A DNA stretch of 64,000 nucleotides from an uncultured Methylomirabilota bacterium (GCA_963845565.1 CAWJSJ010000002.1:2592001-2656000), one strand, 5' to 3'; shown: positions 1-9,663, counted from the first letter of the stretch. The notes: generated by a model not told the origin, from the letters alone. Program-made: numbers and translations.

Positions 1-2
1 TC

Positions 3-860
3 ACGGTCTCCTCCTTCAAGCTGGAATACTACGCGTTACCGGCGTTTCCGGCCATCGCGATGGTGGTGGCGGCGCTCTTCGATCAGGCAAGCGATCGGGA
101 AGCGCTCGGCCGGCCGGAGGACGGGGCGGGCCGCTCCGCGGGATACCGGGCACTTCTGGTGTGGACGCGCATCTCCCTGGGAGGGGGGATGCTCTACTGC
201 CTGGGGATGGCTGTTGTGTGGTGGGGAGGGTGGCTCACGCCGGCCGCGATCATCCGCGGCCTGTCGTTCTGGTCAACGAATTACCGGATCATCCTGGACC
301 ACGGCCTGCCGCTGCCTCCCGTGATTCCCGGGCTCTTTGGCGGCGTGCTGCTGGTCGGGGGTCTCCTGTGGGTGGCGGGCTTCGGCGTGGCGGCCTGGTG
401 CCTCGCACATGGGCGCGTGCAGGCCGGCATGGCGGCCGTCGGGAGCGTTGGGCTGGGACTGTGTCTCCTCGCCGGTGCGGTGCTGCGTGACGTGGGGCCG
501 CATCACTCTCTGAAGCCGCTGGCCGACCACGTGAACGCCGTGCACCGGCCGGGGGATGTGCTGATCCATGAACGTGGGCTGGAAAAAGGGGGCGGGCTGC
601 TGTTCTACACCCAGCGTCCGGTGTTGATCTTGAACGGGCGACGGGGCGACCTGGAGTTCGGCTCCACGTTGCCGGAGGCGGAGGGGCGATTCATCGACAC
701 CCCCCGATTTCACGAGATCTGGGACGGGGAGACGCGGGCGTTCCTGGTGACGGATCTTCCCCCCTCGCAGAGTGCGATCTCCCGGAGGTCGTCGGCGGCG
801 CCGATCCTGGTGGCCGCGACGGGGACGCGGTGGCTGTACGCCAACCGAGCGGTGCACTGA
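3..860 (+). CDS. ArnT/PMT-like GT-C glycosyltransferase (family 39-like), 5' truncated by the window edge
   Basis: The frame is open from position 3 (TVSSFKLEYYALPAFPAIAM), resembling the ArnT 'SKLxxYxLPxxPxxA' motif. Several TM helices follow, then a soluble C-terminal domain (LLFYTQRP). Confidence 0.7.
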   Translation, partial: TVSSFKLEYYALPAFPAIAMVVAALFDQASDREALGRPEDGAGRSAGYRALLVWTRISLGGGMLYCLGMAVVWWGGWLTPAAIIRGLSFWSTNYRIILDHGLPLPPVIPGLFGGVLLVGGLLWVAGFGVAAWCLAHGRVQAGMAAVGSVGLGLCLLAGAVLRDVGPHHSLKPLADHVNAVHRPGDVLIHERGLEKGGGLLFYTQRPVLILNGRRGDLEFGSTLPEAEGRFIDTPRFHEIWDGETRAFLVTDLPPSQSAISRRSSAAPILVAATGTRWLYANRAVH

Positions 861-864
861 CCCC

Positions 865-2193
865 ATGATCCCTTTGGCCCCTGCGGTGAATACGCTGGCG
901 ATGCGGGTGGGGCGGGTGGCACCCGCCAGCCTGCTCTGGCTGATCCGCCACTTTCCGGCGGGGGCGATGGACGGCCTTCGTCGGACCGCGCTGCGTCGGA
1001 CGGTTCGACTGGCCGGGCGGCGCTCCCGCTTCTATCGGGACAAGTTCGCCGCCCTGCACATCGACCCCGAACGCGTCCGGGACCTGGCCGACCTCCGCGA
1101 CTGCGAGACGACGCCCGAGGAGTGTCGCGCGGCTCCGCCCGACGCGCTGCTCTGCGGCCGGCCCGACCTCGTCGTCGAGAGCTCCGGGACCTCCGGGCGC
1201 GTGACGCGCCTGTATCTGTCGCACGCCGAGCTGGAATACTACGCGCGGCAAGGGGTGATCCTGCTCGCCATGATGGGGGCCGGGCCGGCGGATCGGATCC
1301 TCGGGGCCTTCGAATACGCCTGGGGGCTGGGGGGGATCTACACGCAGCGGATCGGCGCCCACAGCGGACTCTTCGGTGTCTTCCCGGGCCTGGTGGACCC
1401 CGCGGAGGCGATCGAGCGTTTACCGGAGTACCGGTTCACCATCGTGATGGGCGACCCGTTCTGGATCGCGCGCTTCACCGAGATCGCCATGGCCCGCGGC
1501 GTGCGGGCGCCCATGACGGGGTTCGTCTCCGCCGCGGAGCGGATGACGGAACGGCTGCGCGGGCTGATCGAGGACTACTGGAAGGCCCCCGTGTACATGA
1601 CCTACGCCAGCACGGAGCTGGGGGCCAGTCTGGGCGCGGAATGTGCGGAGAAGACCGGGTATCATCTGCACGAGTACGATTACGCCGTCGAGATCTTGAA
1701 CCCCGACGCCGACGGTTTCGGGGAAGTGGCGTTCACCACGCTCACGCGGTCGGTGATGCCGCTGATCCGATACCGGACAGGTGATGTGGCGCGACTGATC
1801 CCCGGGCGGTGTCCGTGCGGTCTGCCGTTTCGGCGGCTGTCCGCCATCCGGGGTCGCAACGACGAGTTGTTGGCGTGCGTGTGGGGCAACGTCCATCCCG
1901 GGTTATTCGAAGACCTGCTTCGGGGGGTTGAGGGGATCGGAGACGAGTGGCAGGTGGCGCTCCGGCAACCGGGCCTGCGACCGGTGTTCGAGTTCCGTCT
2001 CGAATCCGCGGCCGGTCCCGCCACCCCGGCGGCCGCCGAGGCGCGGATTCGGGCCAATCTCGCCGAACAGCATCCCCCCCTCTGGGCCAAGACCGAGCAG
2101 CACCTGTGCGACATCAGGGTGTCTCTGGTGCCTCCCGGAAGTCTCCGGATGGGGCGGAAGATCCGCCGGCTGGTGGACGAGCGGGGCGAATGA
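865..2193 (+). CDS. Phenylacetate-CoA ligase-like (PaaK/F390 family) adenylate-forming enzyme
   Basis: Motifs VESSGTSG, YMTYASTELG, MPLIRYRTGD, IRGRNDE and C-terminal KIRRLVDER. ATG at 865 lies 4 nt after the upstream stop. Confidence 0.85.
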   Translation: MIPLAPAVNTLAMRVGRVAPASLLWLIRHFPAGAMDGLRRTALRRTVRLAGRRSRFYRDKFAALHIDPERVRDLADLRDCETTPEECRAAPPDALLCGRPDLVVESSGTSGRVTRLYLSHAELEYYARQGVILLAMMGAGPADRILGAFEYAWGLGGIYTQRIGAHSGLFGVFPGLVDPAEAIERLPEYRFTIVMGDPFWIARFTEIAMARGVRAPMTGFVSAAERMTERLRGLIEDYWKAPVYMTYASTELGASLGAECAEKTGYHLHEYDYAVEILNPDADGFGEVAFTTLTRSVMPLIRYRTGDVARLIPGRCPCGLPFRRLSAIRGRNDELLACVWGNVHPGLFEDLLRGVEGIGDEWQVALRQPGLRPVFEFRLESAAGPATPAAAEARIRANLAEQHPPLWAKTEQHLCDIRVSLVPPGSLRMGRKIRRLVDERGE

Positions 2194-2335
2194 CCCCAAT
2201 GACCAGTGGCGGCGCCGAAATTCGATGGACTTCCGGCGGAGAGTGCCATATATTCGACAGGTTGAATGCTTTTTGACTCCCGCCACGCATGAGGCGGAAA
2301 CTTGCGGGGTGCCTGCGGCTCCGCCGGAGGTGTGG

Positions 2336-3103
2336 ATGCGTCGTTCGTGGATTCTCGGTCTGCTGCTGGTGTGGTCGCTGGTGTGGGCAGGTGGTGCTCT
2401 GGCGGCAGATGTGCCCGCTGGAGAGCTCCTGCGCCTGCTTGACGCCGCCGACAAGCATTACGCGCAGGTTCACGACTACACGTCGGTCATGGTCGGTCGC
2501 GAGCGTGTGAAGGACCGGCTCCTGCCGACAGAGCAGGTGCTGCTCAAGTTCCAGCGGACGTTCAAGGTGTACATGCGCTGGCTGGATGGGCCCAGCAAGG
2601 GTCGGGAGGGCCTGTACGTGTCCGGGGCGCATGACAACAAGTTCCTGGTGTACGAGCCCAGCGGATTTCAGCAGTTGTTCACCGCGGCCCTGGAGCCGAC
2701 CGACGCCCGCGTGATGGAGAAGAGTCGCCACCCGGTGACCGATGTCGGGATCGGCCGGCTGCTGGAGATCGTCGGCGACAACGCCCGCCGGGCTGCGCGA
2801 AACGGGGTGTTGCGCGTCGTGGATCGGGGAACCGGCGAGGTGGGCGGGCGGCGGGTTCGTCAAGTGGAGGGGTTCCTCCCGAAAGATCCCGGAGCGGGGT
2901 ACTACGCCTACCGGGTACAGCTCTCGTTCGACGAGGCGAGCCGACTGCTCATTCGGGCCGTCGTCTACGACTGGAGCGACCAACTCGTCGAGGATTTCAG
3001 CTACACCGAGCTCCGCATCAACCCCGGCCTCACAGGGCTCGACTTTGATCCCAGCAACAAGGAGTATGGTTTCTCCATCTGGCGGATCCAGATCTCGGGC
3101 TAA
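2336..3103 (+). CDS. Exported DUF1571-like protein (LolA/sorting-protein-like fold)
   Basis: GGAGG RBS and signal peptide MRRSWILGLLLVWSLVWAGGALA. Segments 'KVYMRWLDGPSKGREGLYV', 'SRHPVTDVGIGRL' and 'INPGLTGLDFDPSNKEYGF' resemble DUF1571. Confidence 0.7.
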   Translation: MRRSWILGLLLVWSLVWAGGALAADVPAGELLRLLDAADKHYAQVHDYTSVMVGRERVKDRLLPTEQVLLKFQRTFKVYMRWLDGPSKGREGLYVSGAHDNKFLVYEPSGFQQLFTAALEPTDARVMEKSRHPVTDVGIGRLLEIVGDNARRAARNGVLRVVDRGTGEVGGRRVRQVEGFLPKDPGAGYYAYRVQLSFDEASRLLIRAVVYDWSDQLVEDFSYTELRINPGLTGLDFDPSNKEYGFSIWRIQISG

Positions 3104-3206
3104 GCCGTTGTCAAGGAATAACTTGACCGGAGAAATTTCGGGAACGGCATAAGGAGCCGTAACGAAATCACCAAAAATGGACAAGTTATTTCGTAACGGC
3201 TCCTAA
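3100..3206. repeat. Dispersed ~105-bp double-hairpin MITE-like repeat, family A, copy 1
   Basis: Sequence CTAAGCCGTTGTCA...GGAGCCGTAACGAAAT-N19-ATTTCGTAACGGCTCCTAA. CTAA occurs at both ends and includes the stop codon of the upstream gene. Confidence 0.85.
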
Positions 3207-3357
3207 TCGGAGCACGGCTCCCGTTTCCGGGAGCGTGGCGGCGCTCATTCCGGGCCGGGTTCCTCCTCCGCGGCAGTGGGCTCCCTCCGGTCGTTCCTCG
3301 AGTCTCCCGTATGCCGATCGCGCGACGAAACCGGAGCCGAACGACGGATGTCTGGTC

Positions 3358-3861
3358 ATGCGCTATCGCTTCGTGGACCGCATCTTGGAAATCGACGCGC
3401 ACGGCGTCGGGACCATCACGACCTCGAAGGCGTTCGCGCGGTCCGAGGAGTTCTTCGACGGCACCTTCCGTCGGCACGACGAGGTGCCGTCGTCGCTGGT
3501 GCTGGAAGCCATGGCCGCCGCAGGATCGTTTCTCCTCACGGTCAAGAGTCGGTATCAGGTGCACGCCCTGCTGCTGAAGGTGAACCGGGCGGCGTTTCCG
3601 CGCCCCGTGCGCGCCGGCGACCAGCTGATCGTGCGATGCAGCCTGGCGGGTTTTCAGGGCGACTGGGACCGGCCGGATGCATCGGGCGCAGTGTTCGGCG
3701 TGGCCGAGGTGCATGCCGCATGCACGATCGGCGCGGACCCGGCGGCGGACGCCGCGCTACTGTTCGTCGGCCTTCCGCTGTCCCGCACGCTGGGCGCACG
3801 GCGGGAACAGGTGCTGGCCGGCATGTTGGAACTGCTGGGCTACGTGGATACGCGTCCGTGA
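3358..3861 (+). CDS. FabZ/FabA-like hot-dog dehydratase homolog lacking the catalytic His
   Basis: MRYRFVDRILE...EEFFDGTFRRHDEVPSSLVLEAMA...FPRPVRAGDQL. The FabZ 'FFxGHFP' motif reads FFDGTFR. Confidence 0.8.
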   Translation: MRYRFVDRILEIDAHGVGTITTSKAFARSEEFFDGTFRRHDEVPSSLVLEAMAAAGSFLLTVKSRYQVHALLLKVNRAAFPRPVRAGDQLIVRCSLAGFQGDWDRPDASGAVFGVAEVHAACTIGADPAADAALLFVGLPLSRTLGARREQVLAGMLELLGYVDTRP

Positions 3862-3910
3862 TGGCGCCACGGTGCGGCGCACCAGGGGTGTGGCAAGGGG
3901 TCGGTCCCGT

Positions 3911-5197
3911 ATGAACAGGCGCGCGGTCATCACCGGCGTCGGTGTGGTCTCTCCGCTGGGGATCGGTTCGCAGGCGCACTGGGACGGACTGGTGTCCGGG
4001 CGCTCGGCCGTGGCCCGGGTGGATCGGCTGACCCGGCTCGGCTTTCCAGTGGACGTCGGCGCGGACGTCCCGGGCCAGACCGTGGCGGCGTGCGTGCCGC
4101 GCGTGCCCAAGAAGCAGGTCAAGCTCTTCAATCGCGCCACCACGTTCGCCATGGCCGCCGCCTCGCTGGCCGCCGCGGACGCCGGGATCACCGCCCCGGT
4201 GCCCGATCCGGTCCGGGCGGGCGTGATCCTGGCGACCCTCTTCATTCCCTATCCCATCCAGAGCGTCCTTCCGCTGCTGCCGAACGCCGAGGCGACCGAT
4301 ACCCGCCACCGTGTGGATCTCGGAAAGGCGATGCGGGAGTGCCTGGGTGGCGTGAATCCCCTGGATCTGTCCCTGAAGATCGTTCCTAACCTGACGGCGG
4401 GACACCTCGCCATCCATTTCGGTCTGCGCGGGGCGTGTCGTACGGTCGCCGACGGGTGGACCGGCGGCTTGACGGCCATTGCCCAGGCGGCGACCGCCAT
4501 CCGCGAGGGCGAGTTGGACCTGGCGTTCTGCGGCGGGGCGGAGTGTCCGCTGGAGGAACTGGTGTTCGCCGACCTCTGCTCCACGGAGCTCTTGTCGCCG
4601 CCCGCCACCCCTCCCGAGCGGACCTGTCGCCCGTTCGGCCTGGGCCGGCAGGGCACGGTCGTCGGCGAAGGTGCGGCGATCCTGGTCCTGGAGGCGGAGG
4701 AGCACGCGATGCGCCGCGGCGCCGCGGTCCGCGCCGTCTGTGCCGGGTTCGGCGCAGCCAGCGCCGACGCCTCCCCGGCCGGCGCCCGGGACAGCCTTCC
4801 GCGCGCCCTGCGTGCGGCGCTGGCGGAGAGCCGGCGCGACGCCCCGGACCTCGTGTCCCTGCATGGCGATGGGAGCGTGCCGGGCGACCTCGGCGAGGCG
4901 ATGGCATGGCAGATACTCGCGGCCGAGACCGGGGGCTGGCCGGCCCTGTACGCCAGCAAGGGCGCCCACGGAAATCTGGTCTCCGCCGCCGGTCCGCTGG
5001 AGGCGGCGGGCATGCTGTTGGCATTGGAGCAGGAGACGGTTCCGCCCAGCCGGAACTGCCGACCAGCCGATCCGGCGTGCGGTCTTCCCCTGGCGGCGGA
5101 TGGCCCGCGCGCCGTCCCGGGGATGCGTACCGGTGTGGTCAGTGCCCTGGGCGCGTTCGGGGAAGCCGCCTGTCTGGTGTTGACGCGCGGCGTGTGA
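3911..5197 (+). CDS. Ketosynthase homolog without the catalytic Cys (chain-length-factor-like)
   Basis: FabF-like fold ([37 protein letters not shown]). Active site reads TVADGWTGG instead of TACxS, and SKGAHGN instead of KSxxGH. Confidence 0.85.
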   Translation: MNRRAVITGVGVVSPLGIGSQAHWDGLVSGRSAVARVDRLTRLGFPVDVGADVPGQTVAACVPRVPKKQVKLFNRATTFAMAAASLAAADAGITAPVPDPVRAGVILATLFIPYPIQSVLPLLPNAEATDTRHRVDLGKAMRECLGGVNPLDLSLKIVPNLTAGHLAIHFGLRGACRTVADGWTGGLTAIAQAATAIREGELDLAFCGGAECPLEELVFADLCSTELLSPPATPPERTCRPFGLGRQGTVVGEGAAILVLEAEEHAMRRGAAVRAVCAGFGAASADASPAGARDSLPRALRAALAESRRDAPDLVSLHGDGSVPGDLGEAMAWQILAAETGGWPALYASKGAHGNLVSAAGPLEAAGMLLALEQETVPPSRNCRPADPACGLPLAADGPRAVPGMRTGVVSALGAFGEAACLVLTRGV

Positions 5198-5240
5198 GCG
5201 AAATCCCGGGGGCACCCGCGCCCCCCCGGCGGGAGGCACG

Positions 5241-5987
5241 ATGCAGGTCGATCTGCGCGGAAAAGCCGCGGTCGTGACCGGGGGATCACGGGGCATCGGG
5301 GCGGCGATCAGTCGGTCCCTGGCCGCCGCGGGGGCGTCGGTGCTGATCACGTTCCGTCAGGACGAGACGGCGGCGCGCGCGGTCGTGGAGCAGATCCGTG
5401 CGGCCGGCGGTACCGCCGCCTGCCGGCAGGCGGATGTGTGCGATCGCGACGCGACCGCGGCGGCGATCGACGAGATGGCGTGTCGCGCCGGGCGCCTGGA
5501 TATCCTGGTGAATAACGCCGGGATCGTGCGGGACGCCCTGGTACCCGAAATGGCCGAGGCCGACTGGCACGCCGTGATCGAGACCAACCTCTCGGGCGTG
5601 TTCACCTCCTCGCGAGCCGCGGTGCCATACATGCTCCGACGGAAATGGGGCCGGATCATCAACATCAGTTCCGTCGGCGCCTGGCGGGGACATCGGGGCC
5701 AGGGGAACTACGCCGCCTCCAAGGCGGCGGTCAACGCGCTGACGCGGGTGATGGCGACGGAGTTCGGGCCGAGGGGCATTACCGTCAACGCGGTGGCGCC
5801 GGGGTTGATCGAGACGGACATGAGCCGCGCCCTCCTGCCGTTCGCCGAGGAGGCCATCCGCGAGCGCATCCCGCTCCGTCGGGTCGGCCGCCCCGAGGAC
5901 GTGGCGCCCCTGGTGGTGTTCCTGGCCTCGGACGCGGCAGCGTATATCACCGGGCAGGTGTTCCCGGTGGACGGCGGTCTGCTCTAG
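5241..5987 (+). CDS. fabG: 3-oxoacyl-ACP reductase
   Basis: [47 protein letters not shown]. Confidence 0.9.
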   Translation: MQVDLRGKAAVVTGGSRGIGAAISRSLAAAGASVLITFRQDETAARAVVEQIRAAGGTAACRQADVCDRDATAAAIDEMACRAGRLDILVNNAGIVRDALVPEMAEADWHAVIETNLSGVFTSSRAAVPYMLRRKWGRIINISSVGAWRGHRGQGNYAASKAAVNALTRVMATEFGPRGITVNAVAPGLIETDMSRALLPFAEEAIRERIPLRRVGRPEDVAPLVVFLASDAAAYITGQVFPVDGGLL

Positions 5988-6112
5988 CAGGCTGCTGAAA
6001 AAGGGCCATCTGCTGCGTTGGCCGGCCTCGGCACTCGCTGCGGCGTACCTCCAGTACGCCTCGCTCGGCCGTCGGCCCGCCGCCTGGCATCTGGGCCTTT
6101 TTGAGCAGCCTG
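5988..6112. mobile_element. MITE-like element, family B, copy 1 (125 bp)
   Basis: Imperfect 26-bp terminal inverted repeats CAGGCTGCTGAAAAAGGGCCATCTGC / GCATCTGGGCCTTTTTGAGCAGCCTG. Starts right after the fabG TAG. Confidence 0.8.
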
Positions 6113-6151
6113 AGCGACGTGGGTATTTCAGCATGTCGGACGGGGGAAGCG

Positions 6152-6766
6152 ATGATTGAGTCGTCGGTGGACCAGAAACGCGAGTGGAGTCGGCCCGAGG
6201 TCGAGGCGGCCCTGCGGAAGATCCTGGCAGAGTCTCTGGACGTCCCGGAGGCCGCGGTGACCCCGGCGGCCTCCGTGGTCCGGGAGCTGGGTGCGGAGTC
6301 GATCGACTTTCTCGACATCGGCTTCGAGATCCAGCAAACGCTGGGCGTCGATCTGCAGACCGCGGAGATCCGCACGCGGATCATGGCCTGGACGGCGCTG
6401 ATCCACCAGGCGCTGGCGGAGATCCTGCACCGGCGATACGACGTGACGGTCACGGCCGACACGTTGCGGGCGCAGGAGGCCGGCGGACTGGTGAAGATCG
6501 TGGAGCAGTTGCAGTCCGCCACGGGCCTCGCCGCCGGTCCCGGGGCGGCGGACGAACTGGGACGCGCGTTGCTGGACCGGCTGGTGAGCGAATTCGCGGC
6601 GCTGGGCTTCGGCGTCAGCGACGCGGACCGGCAGGGCCTGCTGGCGCTCATGCGCACCGACCTCAGTGCCCGCCGGCTGCGAGAGCGCACGCTGGACCTC
6701 CTGACCGTCGGCGCGCTGGTGGATTTCATCTGCGCCAAGCTCGGCACGCGCCTGCGCGCCGCCTGA
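6152..6766 (+). CDS. Acyl carrier protein with a large internal insertion (204 aa)
   Basis: ACP helix I/II with the phosphopantetheine Ser motif ELGAESIDFLDI. The ACP terminal helix (LTVGALVDFICAKL) follows only after ~115 extra residues. Confidence 0.8.
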   Translation: MIESSVDQKREWSRPEVEAALRKILAESLDVPEAAVTPAASVVRELGAESIDFLDIGFEIQQTLGVDLQTAEIRTRIMAWTALIHQALAEILHRRYDVTVTADTLRAQEAGGLVKIVEQLQSATGLAAGPGAADELGRALLDRLVSEFAALGFGVSDADRQGLLALMRTDLSARRLRERTLDLLTVGALVDFICAKLGTRLRAA

Positions 6767-6789
6767 ACCGGACCGAAGGGAACCGCCCC

Positions 6790-7308
6790 ATGCGTTTTCT
6801 GTTCGTGGATCGAATCGTCCGACTGACGCCGGGGAAGGAGGTCGTCGTCCGGAAGAACGTCAGCAACAGCGAGGACTTCTTCGCCGACCACTTCGAGGGA
6901 CGGCCGGTCATGCCCGGCTGTCTGATCCTGGAGACCTGCGATCAGGCGGCCCGCCTGCTGCTGGCGGCGTCGGCGGCATTCGCCTGCCTCCCCAGTCTGA
7001 CCGAGATCGCGAACGCCAAGATGCAGCACTTCGTCCAGCCCGGCGACCTGCTGGAGGTCCACGTGGTCCTGGCCCGGCAGACGGCGGACGCGGCGGAGGT
7101 GCGGGCCTCGGCCTCGGTCGGGGAGCGGACGGTGGCGCGCATGTCGTTCGGCTATCGCTTGCGTCCCGCGGCCTCGGACACGCAAACGGCGCGCGCCTGC
7201 CTGCGCCTGCGTGAGTTCTACGAGGTGCTCACCACGGACCTCGCGACGTTGGCCGCCGATCCGCGGCCAGCCGCGGAACCTCCGGCCGGGACGGTGCGCG
7301 ATGCTTGA
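6790..7308 (+). CDS. fabZ: 3-hydroxyacyl-ACP dehydratase, FabZ family, with C-terminal extension
   Basis: MRFLFVDRI...KNVSNSEDFFADHFEGRPVMPGCLILE...FVQPGDLL. Catalytic His and Glu are retained. Confidence 0.85.
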   Translation: MRFLFVDRIVRLTPGKEVVVRKNVSNSEDFFADHFEGRPVMPGCLILETCDQAARLLLAASAAFACLPSLTEIANAKMQHFVQPGDLLEVHVVLARQTADAAEVRASASVGERTVARMSFGYRLRPAASDTQTARACLRLREFYEVLTTDLATLAADPRPAAEPPAGTVRDA

Positions 7309-8050
7309 GGGGCAGACGGCGGTGGTGACGGGCGCCGGCCGCGGCATCGGCCGCGCCATCGCGGTGCGGCTGGCCGCGGCGGGTGCGAACGTGGTGGTCA
7401 ATTACTACCTCAACCGCGAGGCGGCGGAGCAGGCGGCAGCGGCGATCCGATCGTGCGGAGTGCAGGCGCACGTCGTCCAGGCGGACATGAAAGACCCCGA
7501 CCAGATCCGGCGGCTGTTCGACGAGGTGGGCGCGCGGTTTGGCGGGCTGGATATCCTGGTCAGCAACGCCGCCTCGGGCGTCTTTCGGCCCGCGGGAGAG
7601 CTGACCCCCAAGCACTGGGACTGGATGATGCACACCCACCCCCGGGCGTTCCTGCTCTGCGCGCAGGCGGCGGTGCCGTTGATGCAGGGCCGGCGGGGCC
7701 GCATGGTGGCGGTGAGCAGCCTCGGGTCGCAGCGGACGATCCCCAACTACGCGGGCATGGGGGCGGCCAAGGGGGCGCTGGAGTCGCTGACACGGTACCT
7801 GGCGGTCGAGTACGGGCCCCTCGGGATCGCCGTCAACGCGGTCTCCGGCGGCGCCGTGGCCACCGACTCCTGGCGGGAACTGGCCGAGATGGAGACGGTG
7901 CTCGACGAGATCGGCCGCCGAACGCCGGCGGGCCGGATCGCCGAGCCCACGGACATCGCCGAGGCGGTGTTGTTTCTGTGCAGTCCCCAGGCCGGGATGA
8001 TCCGCGGCCAGGTCCTGGTCGTGGACGGGGGCTATTCCCTCACGCTCTAA
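7301..8050 (+). CDS. fabL: Enoyl-ACP reductase, FabL-like SDR
   Basis: LDILVSNAASGVFRP and NYAGMGAAKGALESLTRYLAVE...VNAVSGGAVATD. The Yx6K spacing and motifs match Bacillus FabL. Confidence 0.8.
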   Translation: MLEGQTAVVTGAGRGIGRAIAVRLAAAGANVVVNYYLNREAAEQAAAAIRSCGVQAHVVQADMKDPDQIRRLFDEVGARFGGLDILVSNAASGVFRPAGELTPKHWDWMMHTHPRAFLLCAQAAVPLMQGRRGRMVAVSSLGSQRTIPNYAGMGAAKGALESLTRYLAVEYGPLGIAVNAVSGGAVATDSWRELAEMETVLDEIGRRTPAGRIAEPTDIAEAVLFLCSPQAGMIRGQVLVVDGGYSLTL

Positions 8051-8151
8051 GCCGTCGTCATGGAGTGGCTTGACCGGAGGAATTTCGGAAACGGCATGGG
8101 GAGCCGTTGCGAAATCAACAAACGGCCAAGTTGTTTCGTGACGGCTCCTAA
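8047..8151. repeat. Family A repeat, copy 2
   Basis: CTAAGCCGTCGTCA...GGAGCCGTTGCGAAA...TTTCGTGACGGCTCCTAA. Includes the fabL stop codon. Confidence 0.85.
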
Positions 8152-8167
8152 CCGGGTCGGGGACGGG

Positions 8168-9460
8168 ATGGCGGACACGCGTGTCGCGGTGACCGGAATG
8201 GGCGTGCTCACCCCGATCGGGATCGGGGTGGAACCGTTCTGGGCGTCCCTCCTGGCCGGCCGGTCGGGGATCGCCCCCATCGAGCATTTCGACGCCTCGG
8301 GTCTCCCGGCGCGGATCGCGGGGTACGTCCGGGACCGCGCCGCGCTGGAGGCGTGGGGCCGGCGCCTGGGGGTTCCGTCGGCCGAGCCTCGGTCGCTCCT
8401 CTTCGCCTTGGCGGCGGGGCAGGAAGCCTACGAGGCCTCCGGCTGGCAGGCCGCGCTGGGCGGGGAGCGGGTCGGCGTCCTGTTCGGCTCCTACGGCGAC
8501 AAGATCGACATCGAGCGGATGGCCGAGGCGGCCTACCGGTCCCGGCACGACGGCGCGCCGGACATCGTGCCCTCCGCTTTTTTCCCGCGGTACTGTCGCG
8601 ATTTTCGGGGCCGCCAGCTCCACCGGCTGCTGCCGCAGTACGCGACCGTCCGGCTGGCCCGCATGTATCACGCGACGGGCCCCGTGTGCACCATCCAGAC
8701 GGCCTGCACCAGTTCCGCCCAAGCCATCGGCGAGGCATACCGGTCGATCCGCCGGGGGACGCTGGACCGGGCGATCTGCGGAGGGGCCGAATGCATCGTG
8801 TCGCCCAGCCAGATGCTGATGTTCTCGATCCTGGGGGCCCTGTCCACCCGCAACGAGGATCCGGCGCGGGCCAGCCGCCCCTTCGACGAAGCCCGGGACG
8901 GGTTCGTCCTGGCCGAGGGCGGCGCCGTGCTGACGCTGGAGCGACTGGACCTCGCGCGGCAGCGGGGCGCGCCCATCCTGTGCGAGCTGGCGGGGTACGG
9001 AACGGCCTGTGACGCCTATCGCCTGACCGACGAGGATCCCGAGGGGCGAGGCGCCATCCTGGCCATGGAGCGGGCCGTGACCGACGCCGGGATGACGCCG
9101 GGGGAGGTGGATTACATCAATGCCCACGGGACCTCCACCCAGATGAACGATCGGGTGGAGACGCTGGCCATCAAGACACTCTTCGGTCCGCGCGCCTACC
9201 GGGTGCCGGTCAGTTCCATCAAGTCGATGATCGGCCATGCCGTCTCGGCCGCCGGGGCGATCGAGGCGGTGGCCTGCATCCTGGCGTTGCGGGATCAGAT
9301 CCTCCCGCCCACCATCAACCAGGCGTGTCCCGACCTCCAGTGCGACCTCGACTACGTGCCGAACGTGGCGCGACCCGCGCGCCTGGACGTGGCGTTGTCG
9401 AACTCGTTCGGGTTCGGGGGGCACAACGACTGTCTGGTGTTCCGGCGGCTCCACGAGTAG
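8168..9460 (+). CDS. fabF: Beta-ketoacyl-ACP synthase II (catalytically intact)
   Basis: Intact triad TACTSS, YINAHGTST and KSMIGH, plus C-terminal SNSFGFGGHN. Confidence 0.9.
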   Translation: MADTRVAVTGMGVLTPIGIGVEPFWASLLAGRSGIAPIEHFDASGLPARIAGYVRDRAALEAWGRRLGVPSAEPRSLLFALAAGQEAYEASGWQAALGGERVGVLFGSYGDKIDIERMAEAAYRSRHDGAPDIVPSAFFPRYCRDFRGRQLHRLLPQYATVRLARMYHATGPVCTIQTACTSSAQAIGEAYRSIRRGTLDRAICGGAECIVSPSQMLMFSILGALSTRNEDPARASRPFDEARDGFVLAEGGAVLTLERLDLARQRGAPILCELAGYGTACDAYRLTDEDPEGRGAILAMERAVTDAGMTPGEVDYINAHGTSTQMNDRVETLAIKTLFGPRAYRVPVSSIKSMIGHAVSAAGAIEAVACILALRDQILPPTINQACPDLQCDLDYVPNVARPARLDVALSNSFGFGGHNDCLVFRRLHE

Positions 9461-9520
9461 CCCGCGCTCGGCACCGCGGAGGACCCTCCGTCTTAGGATG
9501 CTGGAAGACCCGTTTGTGCC

Positions 9521-9663
9521 CAGGCCGCTCAAAAAGGTCCAGATGCCAGGCGGCGCGCAAAGGGCGGGGCACCCAGCGCAGCTGGGTCCAGGCGTACTCC
9601 AGGTACGCTGCAGCGAACGCCCGAGCGCTCCAACGCCGCAGATGGGCCTTTTTCAGCAGCCTG
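9521..9663. mobile_element. MITE-like element, family B, copy 2 (inverted)
   Basis: CAGGCCGCTCAAAAAGGTCCAGATGC...GCAGATGGGCCTTTTTCAGCAGCCTG. Abuts the TGA of the minus-strand gene at 9664. Confidence 0.8.
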
